DNA from: an uncultured cyanobacterium
GTDB lineage: Bacteria > Cyanobacteriota > Cyanobacteriia > Cyanobacteriales > Nostocaceae
Length of the DNA: 64,000 bases
Assembly: GCA_963706595.1 (NCBI GenBank)
Contig: OY970166.1
Location: 1,568,001-1,632,000 of the forward strand
Direction of reading: 5' to 3'
Positions within the stretch are counted from its first letter, which is position 1, and each line of letters opens with the position of its first letter. The position numbers were made by a program, and so were the translations under genes. Below the pieces are notes generated by a model. That model saw nothing but the letters and a program-made list of their open reading frames with translations, had not been told where the DNA came from and ran no database searches. Shown piece by piece: positions 1 to 10,454 of this stretch.

Positions 1-359
1 TATTTCCTCGACAAATTATTGGGCTATATATCGATGTTCTGGCACTAGAGAATAAATCTATCGTAGCCCTTGCTGTTTCCATGATGCGGGTTGGAGCGAT
101 CGCGCATCTGTTTGATGGAGTACAAAAAATTGCTTATGGTGCGTTGCAAGGTTTACAGGATACTCGTGTGCCGATGCTGCTCAGTTTCCTGTCTTATTGG
201 TGCATTGGTTTAACCAGTGGTTATTGGTTGGCATTTAAATGGAATTTAGGTGGCGTAGGTCTATGGTTGGGGCAGATGATTGCAGTGGTTATCGCAGCAG
301 TGGTCTTTATTTGGCGCTTTCAAAGGCTAACTTCAAACCAAACTGGAGCTAAACTGTAA
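1..359 (+). CDS. MATE family efflux transporter, C-terminal part (starts upstream of window)
   Basis: Frame is open from base 3 (FPRQIIGLYID...); FDGVQ..GALQGLQDT and GGVGLWLG motifs are typical of the MATE/NorM C-terminus. Confidence 0.85.
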   Translation, partial: FPRQIIGLYIDVLALENKSIVALAVSMMRVGAIAHLFDGVQKIAYGALQGLQDTRVPMLLSFLSYWCIGLTSGYWLAFKWNLGGVGLWLGQMIAVVIAAVVFIWRFQRLTSNQTGAKL

Positions 360-370
360 ACATCAGTTTT

Positions 371-1450
371 ATGCCAATATTTAGTATGCAACCTCCTTAT
401 ACAGCGATTTTAATTATACCAACTGGGGTGGGGGCAGCGATTGGCGGTTATGCTGGTGATGCTTTGCCTGTAGCTAAGGTTATATCACAGGTGTGCGATC
501 GCCTAATCACTCACCCCAATGTCCTCAATGGCGCAAGTTTGTACTGGAATCTCCCTAACACGCTGTATGTGGAAGGTTACGGGCTTGACAAATTTGCCTC
601 TGGGTGCTGGGGTTTACGCCCGGTGCGGAATAATAAAATCGGGTTACTTTTAGACCAAGGGATTGAACCGGAATTACAACTGCGACACCTCCAAGCAGCC
701 GATGCAGCCAGGGCTACCCTTGGTTTAACTCTCACAGATTATGTGGTTACTGACGCACCGCTAAACGTAGAATTACGCACATCAGCATCAGGGGCTAGTT
801 GGGGAACCATTGGCAATCCTGACAGTTTACTCAGGGCGGCAGAAATATTAATTAACAAAGCCGGGGCGGATGCGATCGCAGTTGTCGCCCGTTTCCCCGA
901 TGATATAGATGAAGCAGCAGTACAAAATTATCGTCAAGGTCAAGGGGTAGACCCTTTAGCGGGTGCAGAAGCCGTAATTAGCCATTTAATCGTCCGCACC
1001 TTCAAAATTCCCTGCGCCCATTCTCCAGCCTTAGCCAGCACCCCCCCAGAACCGAATTTATCGCCTCGTTCGGCTGCGGAAGAATTAGGTTATACTTTTC
1101 TACCATGTGTCCTTGTGGGCTTGAGTCGCGCCCCACAATTTATTATAAATAAAGAGTCAATGACAGCTTTAGCCGATGATATTTGGGCAGATCAAGTGGA
1201 TGCTGCGATCGCACCTGCAAATGCTTGTGGTAGTAGTGCCTTAATCAGTTTAAACCAAAGACGATGCCAAATTATCACTGTAGCAGAAAATAAAACTCTC
1301 ATCCAAGTTCCCGCCCCAGCTTTAGGAATCACAGCTTTACAAGTAAACTCATATTTAGAAGCCGTAGGAGTATTAGTAGCCCATAAAGCCGGCATAAATC
1401 CCACCTCCCTCAGTCCTAAAATATCCTCCTTAAAGCCAGTTATCATATAG
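371..1450 (+). CDS. DUF3326 family protein
   Basis: IPTGVGAAIGGYAGDA, ITHPNVLNGA and GVDPLAGAEAVISH motifs of the cyanobacterial/plastid DUF3326 family. Confidence 0.85.
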   Translation: MPIFSMQPPYTAILIIPTGVGAAIGGYAGDALPVAKVISQVCDRLITHPNVLNGASLYWNLPNTLYVEGYGLDKFASGCWGLRPVRNNKIGLLLDQGIEPELQLRHLQAADAARATLGLTLTDYVVTDAPLNVELRTSASGASWGTIGNPDSLLRAAEILINKAGADAIAVVARFPDDIDEAAVQNYRQGQGVDPLAGAEAVISHLIVRTFKIPCAHSPALASTPPEPNLSPRSAAEELGYTFLPCVLVGLSRAPQFIINKESMTALADDIWADQVDAAIAPANACGSSALISLNQRRCQIITVAENKTLIQVPAPALGITALQVNSYLEAVGVLVAHKAGINPTSLSPKISSLKPVII

Positions 1451-1454
1451 TTTT

Positions 1455-1531
1455 CCATTCCCCACTCCCCACTCCCCATTCCCCATTCCCCATTCCCCAT
1501 TCCCCACTCCCCACTCCCCATTCCCCATTCC
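1455..1531. repeat. STRR heptamer tandem repeat (CCCCATT/CCCCACT)
   Basis: About 11 tandem heptamers directly after the stop codon. Confidence 0.95.
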
Positions 1532-1547
1532 CTACCCCCAAAAACTC

Positions 1548-2138
1548 GTGGTTGAACAACAAAATCAAGAACCAGAAATTCCCTACTTGACACGTACCCA
1601 AGTATTAGTAGCTATGGGAGTGACTGCAATCCTGTTGTGGATAGTCGCCAAGATATGGTTAACCTATGGCAATTTTTACTTATTAAAATGGTATTGGTCA
1701 TCAACAGATATACTCTTAGGCTTAGGGCTAGGGTTAATTATTACAACCTTAAGTGGTTTAGCTTATCGCTTTTACCCAAACTACCGTCAAAGCGCAGACT
1801 ATTATCTGGATATAGTTATCAAGCCATTAGCTTTACCCGATTTGATTTGGTTGGGCTTACTTCCGGCGTTAAGTGAAGAACTGTTATTTCGGGGTGTGAT
1901 GCTGCCAGCTTTAGGCTTAGATAATGTCGCTGTAATTGTATCTAGTCTCGCTTTTGGAATTTTGCATCTCAGTGGACCCCAACAATGGCCTTATGTAGTC
2001 TGGGCAACTATTATTGGGTTAATGCTAGGGTTTAGTGCCTTGTTAACTGGTAACTTGTTAGTGCCAATTGTCGCCCACATGATTACAAATTGGGTTTCTG
2101 GCTGTTTCTGGAAATTCCGCCAAGTGAAAACAGCTTAA
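1548..2138 (+). CDS. CPBP (Abi/CAAX) family intramembrane metalloprotease
   Basis: EELLFRG, FGILH and AHMITN motifs; hydrophobic. Confidence 0.9.
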   Translation: MVEQQNQEPEIPYLTRTQVLVAMGVTAILLWIVAKIWLTYGNFYLLKWYWSSTDILLGLGLGLIITTLSGLAYRFYPNYRQSADYYLDIVIKPLALPDLIWLGLLPALSEELLFRGVMLPALGLDNVAVIVSSLAFGILHLSGPQQWPYVVWATIIGLMLGFSALLTGNLLVPIVAHMITNWVSGCFWKFRQVKTA

Positions 2139-2269
2139 ACTTTTGTTTACGGGGATTCAAATCCCCGTTGACCCCACAAAAATCCTGTTCCCTCCTCGCT
2201 TGCACCGGAGGGTTAGAGAGGGGTTCTTTTTAGGCATCTTTATATAAAAAAATTGGTATCACTACTATC

Positions 2270-3172
2270 TTATGACCTTTGTTGCTCTAACCAGTTGATT
2301 AAGTCCTCTAAAGTTTGCAAATCAAAAATTGCATCTGCTAGACTTTCGATTTGTTGTGAAGATAATTCATTAATTCGGCTTTCTATAGCAGGGGTAATAT
2401 CATTAAATCGCCGCTTTAGTTGTCTTTTAACAATTTTTTGTTCTCCTTGTTCAATGCCCTTTTCCATCCAACTAGTCACTATTTCCATGATTCTTTCCTC
2501 TTCAATTAAATTAGCTTGGTGTAGTTCAGCGTTTAATTCTTGCTCTTCAGTTGTGTTTAATCTGAGATAAGTGTCAATAAAACCAGAAATTAATTCTATT
2601 TTAGCAGGGTTTAATTGCAGCGTAACTAACATCCTTAAGCATTCTAGCTTAACTCTAATTCTCTCTTCTGGTTGAAAGTTCATTTTTGCCATTAAGGCGG
2701 CGGCTACGGGATTTGGTTTGTTTAAAAAACTTCGCCAGTTGAGATTATTTAATTGAATGGCAACATAGTTAAATTCTAAAATTTTGCGATGGGGAAAGTT
2801 AACTACATATTGGCTTTTTTCTGGTCTTTTGGGTTCGTCGTATGAAAATATAACTATAGGGAAAATTGGCATTAAAAATTTAGCATCTAAACGGGCGAAG
2901 TAATGAAACATCCGCCGTTCAATTTCTTTTTGATTATATGCTTGGTTTTCTAGGTGAATTAGAAAATAACTGTCTTCTCCTCTCCATTTGACTTGTGCTA
3001 ATAAGTCTACTCTTCTTTTGTCTCCTGTGGTGACATCGGTAAATATTTCTTCTGTTAAAAAAATGAGGCTGTCTTGTGTAACGTACTCTAAAACTTCTGG
3101 TAAAAATAGTTCTATAAATTCCCAAAAGAATGTTTGGATTAGTTCTTTAAATAGTCTATCGTGATCTATCAT
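2270..3172 (-). CDS. Rpn family PD-(D/E)XK nuclease (recombination-promoting nuclease/putative transposase) with DUF4351-like C-terminus
   Basis: HDRLFKELI, VDLL...IHLENQ, RMFHY; C-terminal TSWMEKGIEQG...QLKRRF...LADAIFD. Confidence 0.85.
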   Translation of the reverse strand: MIDHDRLFKELIQTFFWEFIELFLPEVLEYVTQDSLIFLTEEIFTDVTTGDKRRVDLLAQVKWRGEDSYFLIHLENQAYNQKEIERRMFHYFARLDAKFLMPIFPIVIFSYDEPKRPEKSQYVVNFPHRKILEFNYVAIQLNNLNWRSFLNKPNPVAAALMAKMNFQPEERIRVKLECLRMLVTLQLNPAKIELISGFIDTYLRLNTTEEQELNAELHQANLIEEERIMEIVTSWMEKGIEQGEQKIVKRQLKRRFNDITPAIESRINELSSQQIESLADAIFDLQTLEDLINWLEQQRS

Positions 3173-3244
3173 TTGAGTGATGTTGGTTTCTGATTTTAGG
3201 GTATGTTTGCAAAGTGCTTGGCTGTGATTTTAGTCAGTTCACTG

Positions 3245-3895
3245 TTAACTGATTTCCCGTGCCGCAGCTAGGGCGATCGCCTGTGGTAAAATACGATGTT
3301 CTTGAATTTGAATTCTGGCATGAAGAGTTTCTGCTGTGTCATCTGGTAAAATCGGCACAGCTGCTTGAATTAAGATGGGGCCGCTGTCTACTTCCAAACA
3401 CACTAAATGTACAGTACAGCCAGTAATTTTGACCCCAGATGCTAAAGCTTGTTCTACAGCATTAATACCTTTGAAACTAGGTAACAAACTGGGATGAATG
3501 TTAATGATTTTATCTGGAAAGGCATCAATTAAAACTGGTGTCACTAAACGCATCCAACCAGCCATAATTACCCAATCAACATCATATTTCTGTAAAGTCT
3601 TGACAATTTGACTGTCAAATGCTTCGCGGTTTTTATAGTCGCGGTGATTTAATAATACAGCTTCCACACCGTGATTAGCTGCGCGGATGGGAGCTTTCGC
3701 TGTAGGGTTATTATAAATTAAAACTTGAATTTGAGCATTTAATTGCTCATCTGCGATCGCTTGAGCAACAGCTTCAAAATTACTCCCACTACCAGAAGCC
3801 ATAACCCCCAGTTTTAAAGGAGTGCTTGGAGAAGATGGGCAAATGCTCAGACTGGGAGCAACCAGGCTAACGGTAGAATCAGGGCGGAGAGTCAT
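3245..3895 (-). CDS. purN: Phosphoribosylglycinamide formyltransferase
   Basis: ASGSGSNFEA, AGWMR, INIHPSLLPSFKG, VDSGPI. Confidence 0.95.
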   Translation of the reverse strand: MTLRPDSTVSLVAPSLSICPSSPSTPLKLGVMASGSGSNFEAVAQAIADEQLNAQIQVLIYNNPTAKAPIRAANHGVEAVLLNHRDYKNREAFDSQIVKTLQKYDVDWVIMAGWMRLVTPVLIDAFPDKIINIHPSLLPSFKGINAVEQALASGVKITGCTVHLVCLEVDSGPILIQAAVPILPDDTAETLHARIQIQEHRILPQAIALAAAREIS

Positions 3896-3919
3896 AACAG
3901 CAAAGAGGAAAAATGATAA

Positions 3920-4801
3920 ATGCCAAAAACAGATACTAAGTCTTGGTTAGATAATGATACATTTGCGGCTTGGACTTTTCTTTCCCCAGCACTGATTTTA
4001 CTCAGCATCTTCATCATTTGGCCAATCGCTTATTTGTTCTACCTCAGTTTTACGACTGGAAGTTTCACCTCAACAGGTACAACTTGGGTAGGTTTGAGAA
4101 ATTATTGGCGCTTGCTACAGACCCCAGATTTTTGGCAAGTCTTGGGTAACACAATTTATTTTACCGTCGCCACAGTTATTCCCAGCTTAATCATCCCCTT
4201 GGGGTTAGCAGTATTATTAGACAAATCTCTCGCCTTGCGGGGACTGCTGCGGAGTGCCTATTTTCTACCTTCAATTATCTCCCTGGTAGCTGCTGGTTTA
4301 GGCTTTCGCTGGCTATTTCAAAGTGATGGACCCGCCAACGCATTTTTAGATTTATTTGGCATTGCACCCATTCCTTGGTTAGGAAGTACAACTTGGGCAA
4401 TGCCGGTACTAATTGTCTTGAGTATTTGGAAGCAATTGGGCTTTAATATGGTGGTATTTTTAGCAGGATTGCAAGCTGTTCCTCCCAGTCGCTATGAAGC
4501 CGCCGAATTGGATGGGGCAAATGCTTGGCAGCAATTTTGGCACGTTACCCTACCGGGATTGCAACCGACAATGATATTTGCTACCGTCACCACAGCAATT
4601 TTTACATTACGCAGTTTTGAACAGGTTTATGTAATTACAGGTGGTGGTCCCCTCAATTCTACTAACTTACTGGTTTATTACATTTACCAAGAAGCTTTCG
4701 CTCAATTTGATTTTGGTTACGCCGCAGCCGCAGCCACAGTATTGTTAACCTTTACCTTAGTGTTTGTGTATTTGCAGTTACAAACCTGGGGAGAGGAATA
4801 A
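3920..4801 (+). CDS. Carbohydrate ABC transporter permease
   Basis: EAA loop (YEAAELDGANAWQQFWHVTLP); about 6 TM segments. Confidence 0.9.
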   Translation: MPKTDTKSWLDNDTFAAWTFLSPALILLSIFIIWPIAYLFYLSFTTGSFTSTGTTWVGLRNYWRLLQTPDFWQVLGNTIYFTVATVIPSLIIPLGLAVLLDKSLALRGLLRSAYFLPSIISLVAAGLGFRWLFQSDGPANAFLDLFGIAPIPWLGSTTWAMPVLIVLSIWKQLGFNMVVFLAGLQAVPPSRYEAAELDGANAWQQFWHVTLPGLQPTMIFATVTTAIFTLRSFEQVYVITGGGPLNSTNLLVYYIYQEAFAQFDFGYAAAAATVLLTFTLVFVYLQLQTWGEE

Positions 4802-5030
4802 GAGGCAGGGGGGAGAATAAGAGGCAGGGGGGCAGGGGGCAGGGTGCAGGGGGGAGAATAAGAGGCAGGGGGGCAGGGGGCAGGGTGCAGGGGGGAGAAG
4901 AAGAGGCAGGGGGCAGGGGGCAGGGTGCAGGGGGGAGGAGAAGAGGCAGGGGGGCAGGGGGCAGGGTGCAGGGGGGAGAAGACGGTAACTTCCTAATGAC
5001 CAATGACTAATGACCAATGACTAATGACCA
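4795..5030. repeat. G-rich composite tandem repeat (about 40-bp units built from GGGGCAG heptamers) followed by CTAATGA/CCAATGA STRR
   Basis: aagaggcaggggggcagggggcagggtgcaggggggag repeated about 4 times between convergent genes. Confidence 0.9.
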
Positions 5031-8000
5031 AGGACTGTTTTCCCAGCTAGTCTAGCCACGGCTGCAACTAATTGAGTCGGTTCGGTGGGCTTAGTGACGT
5101 GCATCTGAAAGCCTGCGGATATTGCTTGTTGCTGATTATATTCTCCCGCATAGGCGGTAAGCGCGATCGCAGGTGTCTTTCCCCCTTGTTCGGAAGTCCA
5201 GGTTCTGACTTGGCGAATTAACATATAACCATCCATTTCCGGCATACCAATATCGCTTAATAGGACATCTGCCTTTGATTCTGGCAGGCTTTGCAGTGCT
5301 TCCATCGCCGATGACACTGATATCACTTCTGCCCCTTCTTCTTCGAGGACAAAGCAAATAAAGTCTCGTGAATCCAGGTCGTCATCTACAACTAAAATTT
5401 TAATGCCCTGAAGATTGCCCAAGTTAGAGTCCATTTCTCCCTCACTGTGGCTGTCTGATGTGATTAATTCTGTTTGCAAAGCGGGTAATTGCACTGTAAA
5501 TGTCGCCCCTTCTCCTTCTCCGGCACTGTCTGCAAAAACTCTCCCGCCGTGGAGTTCTACTAATTGTCGCACAATTGCTAACCCCAGCCCCAACCCGCCA
5601 AATTTTCTGGTGGTAGCACTGTCTGCTTGCCGGAAATAATCAAATACATGAGCTAAAAAGTTCGGGTCAATGCCTTTACCTGTATCCATGACTTGAATCT
5701 GAATATGAGCATCAATACTTTCTAGGCAAATTTGGACTCGCCCACCAGGGGGAGTGAATTTTACAGCATTGGAAAGCAGATTCCAGAAAACTTGCTGTAA
5801 GCGGTTGGGGTCGCCCATTACCAAAGCTGTAGAATCAGCATCTGACACGAATTTCAAATTGATGGATTTAGCTTCTGCGGCTAAACGTACTGTTTCCATG
5901 GCCGCAGCAATTGTCAATCCCAGATTGACTTGAGCCACATTTAATGTGAGTTTACCCTGAAGAATCCGTGAGACATCGAGTAAGTCTTCAATTAGTTGGG
6001 CTTGTAATTTGGCGTTGCGTTCAATAGTGGCTAGGGCTGATGCTGTTTTCGAGTCATCAAATTTGCGACTTTGGAGAAGTTTAGACCAACCCAAAATCGG
6101 ATTTAGGGGGGAGCGTAATTCGTGGGAAAGCACAGCCAAAAACTCATCTTTGATACAGTTGGCTTCTTCGGCTTGGGCGCGGGCTTGCTGTTCGGCTTCA
6201 TACAATCTCGTGTTTTCAATGGCTACTGATGCCATTTGGGCTAACTGCACAATAATGGCTTCGTCTTCTTTGGTAAATTCATCTTCATATTTATCAGATA
6301 GTTGAATTAGCCCCATATTGTTACCATCTCGCCCAATTAAAGGCGCAGCCAAGCACCCGCGCATGGGTGGATGTTTGTCTATTTGCTGAGTAAATTCCTG
6401 CCATTGGGGATGGGCTGCGAGTTCAGTTTGAGTCATCCGCAGAGAACGATTGAGTAGGTGCAGATTGGTATTAATGCCTAAGCCTTTCGACTGTTGATTT
6501 TGCGATCGCCATGCCGCATACTTATCTGAAAGTGAAGCTGAACTAATCCAGTTGCCACAGTCTTGATCAATGGTAATGCTGGTGACAGCTTGGTGTGCGC
6601 CAATAATTTCACGGGCTTGTTCAGTAATTATGCGGATGACTTCTTCAATGGAAAGTGCTGAATTGATTGCCAATGCAGCCTCCATTAAACCGTTTAGTTG
6701 TCTGGTATATTCCTGCGATCGCGCTAGCATTCTCTCTCGTTCTACTTCTGCTTGTTTGCGATCGCTAATGTCAATACAGGAACCAATATAACCCAGAAAG
6801 CTCCCGGATGAAGTAAAGCGCGGCACGCCCATATCCAAAACCCAACGATACTCGCCATCAGCACGTTTAAGCCGATATTCCATTTTGAACTCTTCACGGG
6901 CATTAAACGCATTGATATAAGTTTCAAAACAGCGCTGTGAATCTTCTGGATGTACTCCTTGCGCCCAACCGTATCCCATTTCTTGCTCCATTGTTCGTCC
7001 TGTAAACTCCAGCCAAGGCTTATTAAAGTAGCAACACAAATTACTCGTGTCCGACATCCAAATCAGAGTCGGAGAGGTATTTGCCATCTGACGAAATCGG
7101 GCTTCGCTTTCCCTTAAGGCCGCTTCCATCTCTTGGCGTTCAGTCACATCTAGCACCTGAGATAGCACAGAAATCAACTTGCCCGATTGATCACATAGCA
7201 CTGAGTTGTACCATTCACAATAAACCACTGAACCTTTTTTGGTATAATTGCGGTTACAAACAACCACCTGAGTTTCGCGATTAGATAAGCTCAGAACTGC
7301 GTCCTGGACTATTTCTATATCTTCCTCAAACACAAACTGCCAATCGTCAATTTTTTTACCAATCACCTCCTTAGCTGCCCAACCAAAAATTTTTTCGGCG
7401 GCTGGAGACCAGCGAGATATGCGAAATTCATTATCCCATTCAATTACTCCCAGTGGGGAATTTTCCTCGTGGAAAGTCAGCCTTTGCATCACATCCATCA
7501 GCGCCTTTTCTGCGTTTTGGCGATCGCTTAAATCCATCACAAAACAGACACAATTCGGCGGTGACTGCTGCAAAATCGCCCCACAAATCAGAATTGGGAT
7601 CAGAACCCCATCTTTACGGATATATTGCTTTTCAAAAGGCGTGAAGCTGCCAAATTTTAGCAATTCTTGTAATGCTTTTTCATCCAAATCATGATACTCC
7701 AGAGGCGTTATTTGCCGCCAACTGATTCCTGCTGTCAGTAAATCCTCACGGGTATAACCCACCATTTGCAGAAAAATATCATTAGCTTCTATAATTTTTT
7801 CAAAATCTGCCAAAACAATCCCAATAATTTTAGAGTCAAACAATTTTTTAAACTTAGTTTCATTTTCTGCCAATTGCCTGACCATCTCAGCATCAGCAGT
7901 TTTTTGAATGATCTTTAATGGTGGTTTCTGGCTAATATCTGGGGTAATTAGATATCTGTCCCCATAATTGTCCTCAATTGGCTTTGTTTGTAGCTGCGTA

Positions 8001-8416
8001 ATATCAGAAAAAGTAGATACAACTGCATAGGGAGAAGTATCTTGAGGGAGAAATAAAGGCTGAGAACTCATCAACAACCACTTTAAATCTGTATTGGATT
8101 GAGATAAACCCACCACAACATTCAAGCAGGGCTGACCTGTACGCAGTGTCACCATTGCTGGATGAGTTAGCTCAGTCAAGGGCGTTCCGTTTTTGTGAAC
8201 AAATCGCCAAGAGGACTCCGGGGAATTCCATCCATGTATTTGCTCGGCTGTGAGTCCCAGAATCATTTCAGCCATATTATTACAAGCTGGTACACTGCCA
8301 TCAGCCAACTGAAGTATCATCCCTGCTTCCACAGTAGCTATTTTTGTAGTGCTATGTGGCGCATCATCTAACTGTTGGTCAGCCAAGTGATAATCAAATT
8401 TTTGTTGATGTTGCAT
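5021..8416 (-). CDS. Multi-PAS/GAF hybrid sensor histidine kinase-response regulator
   Basis: Several PAS/PAC repeats, GAF, H-box FLAVLSHELRSPL, N/G boxes (NLLSNAVKFT, GGLGLGL), C-terminal receiver (VVDDD..SDIGMP). Confidence 0.95.
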   Translation of the reverse strand: MQHQQKFDYHLADQQLDDAPHSTTKIATVEAGMILQLADGSVPACNNMAEMILGLTAEQIHGWNSPESSWRFVHKNGTPLTELTHPAMVTLRTGQPCLNVVVGLSQSNTDLKWLLMSSQPLFLPQDTSPYAVVSTFSDITQLQTKPIEDNYGDRYLITPDISQKPPLKIIQKTADAEMVRQLAENETKFKKLFDSKIIGIVLADFEKIIEANDIFLQMVGYTREDLLTAGISWRQITPLEYHDLDEKALQELLKFGSFTPFEKQYIRKDGVLIPILICGAILQQSPPNCVCFVMDLSDRQNAEKALMDVMQRLTFHEENSPLGVIEWDNEFRISRWSPAAEKIFGWAAKEVIGKKIDDWQFVFEEDIEIVQDAVLSLSNRETQVVVCNRNYTKKGSVVYCEWYNSVLCDQSGKLISVLSQVLDVTERQEMEAALRESEARFRQMANTSPTLIWMSDTSNLCCYFNKPWLEFTGRTMEQEMGYGWAQGVHPEDSQRCFETYINAFNAREEFKMEYRLKRADGEYRWVLDMGVPRFTSSGSFLGYIGSCIDISDRKQAEVERERMLARSQEYTRQLNGLMEAALAINSALSIEEVIRIITEQAREIIGAHQAVTSITIDQDCGNWISSASLSDKYAAWRSQNQQSKGLGINTNLHLLNRSLRMTQTELAAHPQWQEFTQQIDKHPPMRGCLAAPLIGRDGNNMGLIQLSDKYEDEFTKEDEAIIVQLAQMASVAIENTRLYEAEQQARAQAEEANCIKDEFLAVLSHELRSPLNPILGWSKLLQSRKFDDSKTASALATIERNAKLQAQLIEDLLDVSRILQGKLTLNVAQVNLGLTIAAAMETVRLAAEAKSINLKFVSDADSTALVMGDPNRLQQVFWNLLSNAVKFTPPGGRVQICLESIDAHIQIQVMDTGKGIDPNFLAHVFDYFRQADSATTRKFGGLGLGLAIVRQLVELHGGRVFADSAGEGEGATFTVQLPALQTELITSDSHSEGEMDSNLGNLQGIKILVVDDDLDSRDFICFVLEEEGAEVISVSSAMEALQSLPESKADVLLSDIGMPEMDGYMLIRQVRTWTSEQGGKTPAIALTAYAGEYNQQQAISAGFQMHVTKPTEPTQLVAAVARLAGKTVLGH

Positions 8417-8967
8417 CTTGTTTGCTATGGATGAATTCAGAGGGAGTATTTTGCCAATAAATAGGTTTTAATTCCTGGCTAAAATCTTAATTAGCGGCTT
8501 TTTAGCCCGATTTGACAAAATCTACAGATAGAAAGATTCGTTTTTCTTGTACTCTAACTAGCGAAGTCAATAAATCCTCCCCAGGATAGGTGTTATGCCA
8601 TAATCTTCCTAATTTGAAAATATTAATTAGCCATGATCACTATTGTGTCCGATACTCATTCAGTGTGGGAGCAAATCTGTAGACTAGATGAGCTATTAAC
8701 TTTTAACGCTGACATTTTTTTACATTATCAATTTTTCATGACTTGTGTGATCATGATTTTTTCGGCAAACTAGTTAATGAGCGTGTTTTCAGCCCACGAG
8801 CCATTTTTGGAGAATTTATTACTAGATTTAGATCCAGTTTATTGGTTTTTCCGGTGTACTCTCGATATACAGTAATTATCACCCACAAACTTATGACTCC
8901 TGAATACTTCCTGGCTCAAAGTTCAGAATACTAATCTTTGTGAATATTGACATTTGAGGTGAATAAC

Positions 8968-9627
8968 ATGAAAAATTATGCTGACACACAGGAATTAATA
9001 TTAAGCCAAATCAAAGATAAATTTTGTCAGCGTAGAGATTTTAGTGGCTGTGACTTAAGCGGAATTGACTTGACAGGAGTTGATTTAAGTGGTGTTAACT
9101 TGATGAGAGCCGACTTACGTGGGGCAAATTTGTCTGGTTCTAACCTCACGGAAACTAAGCTGAATGGTGCAAATTTAATCCAAGCTATTTTACGCAAAGC
9201 TAATTTATCTCAGGCTGATTTGTTTTCAGCTAATTTATCTGAGGCTGATTTAAGCTATGCTAATTTGTGCCGTTCCTGCTTGCGGCGATCGCAATGCAGC
9301 CACATTAACCTCTGGGGGGCTTCTTTATGCGATACAGATTTAACTGAAGCCGACCTGAGCGCCGCTATATTAATTGAAGCTTCCTTGATTTCAGCTAATT
9401 TATGTAGAGCAAATCTCGCCGGAGCCAAGCTATGTGGGGCGACATTGCTTGAAGCTAATTTAACTAAGGTCAACTTCACTAATGCAGACCTGACATCGGC
9501 AAACTTAACTAAGGCTAACTTGAGTGAGGCTAATCTGTGGGAGACAAAAATTAGTTATGCCAAATTGCGCGACACTATTATGCCTAATGGTACAATTCGC
9601 GCTCCTCAGATGATGATTATTGATTAA
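8968..9627 (+). CDS. fraF: Pentapeptide repeat protein; positional equivalent of FraF
   Basis: A(N/D)LXX repeats throughout; ATG at 8968 preceded by GAGGT; convergent with fraE, as all2395/fraF is in Anabaena PCC 7120. The symbol rests on synteny. Confidence 0.7.
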   Translation: MKNYADTQELILSQIKDKFCQRRDFSGCDLSGIDLTGVDLSGVNLMRADLRGANLSGSNLTETKLNGANLIQAILRKANLSQADLFSANLSEADLSYANLCRSCLRRSQCSHINLWGASLCDTDLTEADLSAAILIEASLISANLCRANLAGAKLCGATLLEANLTKVNFTNADLTSANLTKANLSEANLWETKISYAKLRDTIMPNGTIRAPQMMIID

Positions 9628-10403
9628 AACTCACGTCGCGAGAAAATAAAATTAGCGATCGCTAACAGCATGAAACTATAAAATAAGCCATAGCCGACAC
9701 TGGTAATCAGTGCAGTGGCATCAGGTAAGGCTCGTAAGCCATAAACAGCATCATTTTTTAAATCTAATCGAGTTAAATCTGGCAAGATGAGGTACATTCC
9801 TTGAGTAATGCGTTCAATGAACGGGTTGCTACTGAGACGACCCAAATTGACTAAATCTGGAGTAATATTCCCCATTAAGTAGACTGCAAATGTTAACGTC
9901 ACGGCTAACAGAGAACTGGTAAATACACCGAAGGTAATCGCAATAGCAGTGATTAAAGATAACTGCAAACTCAAAAATGTGGCGGCAATTAAAATGCTGA
10001 GAACTGAATGGGGAATATTCGCAACCTGCAAAAATCCTAAATAAATTCCTGTCATTGCGGCTACAAGTACAGCCAGCACAAGGGATAAACCCAAGAATTT
10101 GCCAGCAAGAATTTCACTGCGGCTCACAGGTTTAGCAATTAATACTAAGATAGTCCGTTTGTCAATTTCTTTATTAACCAGTCCAGTCCCCACAAAGATG
10201 GCAACAATTAAAGTCACAATACTCATTGTTCCCAGACCAAAGTCTAAAAACATTTTATCTTCAGTTGCAGCTGCAAATTCAGGTAATACGCGCCAAGCCA
10301 CGGCAAGTATGAGGGCATAAAACCCGATAATATACAGAATGCGATCGCGCACCATTTCCTGAAATACATTCTTAGCAATCACAAAAACTCTACCGAAATT
10401 CAT
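9624..10403 (-). CDS. fraE: Filament integrity protein FraE (ABC-2 type permease-like)
   Basis: EIDKRTILVLIAKPVSRSEILAGKFLG; third gene of the fraC-fraD cluster. Confidence 0.8.
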   Translation of the reverse strand: MNFGRVFVIAKNVFQEMVRDRILYIIGFYALILAVAWRVLPEFAAATEDKMFLDFGLGTMSIVTLIVAIFVGTGLVNKEIDKRTILVLIAKPVSRSEILAGKFLGLSLVLAVLVAAMTGIYLGFLQVANIPHSVLSILIAATFLSLQLSLITAIAITFGVFTSSLLAVTLTFAVYLMGNITPDLVNLGRLSSNPFIERITQGMYLILPDLTRLDLKNDAVYGLRALPDATALITSVGYGLFYSFMLLAIANFIFSRREF

Positions 10404-10454
10404 GGCTTTTTAGTTAAGACTCAACTATCACTTCAATTATTCCCCAATTTACCC

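Noticed and set aside
1192..1593. 133-aa minus-strand ORF with GEWGMG repeats
   Set aside because: Antisense to DUF3326 plus STRR translation
4752..5017. Pro/Cys-rich ORFs, or a CRISPR array, in the G-rich repeat
   Set aside because: The ORFs are translations of tandem repeats; there are no unique spacers and no cas genes
5136..7694. Numerous short ORFs overlapping the hybrid kinase (and similar ones inside other long genes)
   Set aside because: Antisense or alternate-frame shadows with no motifs or RBS support
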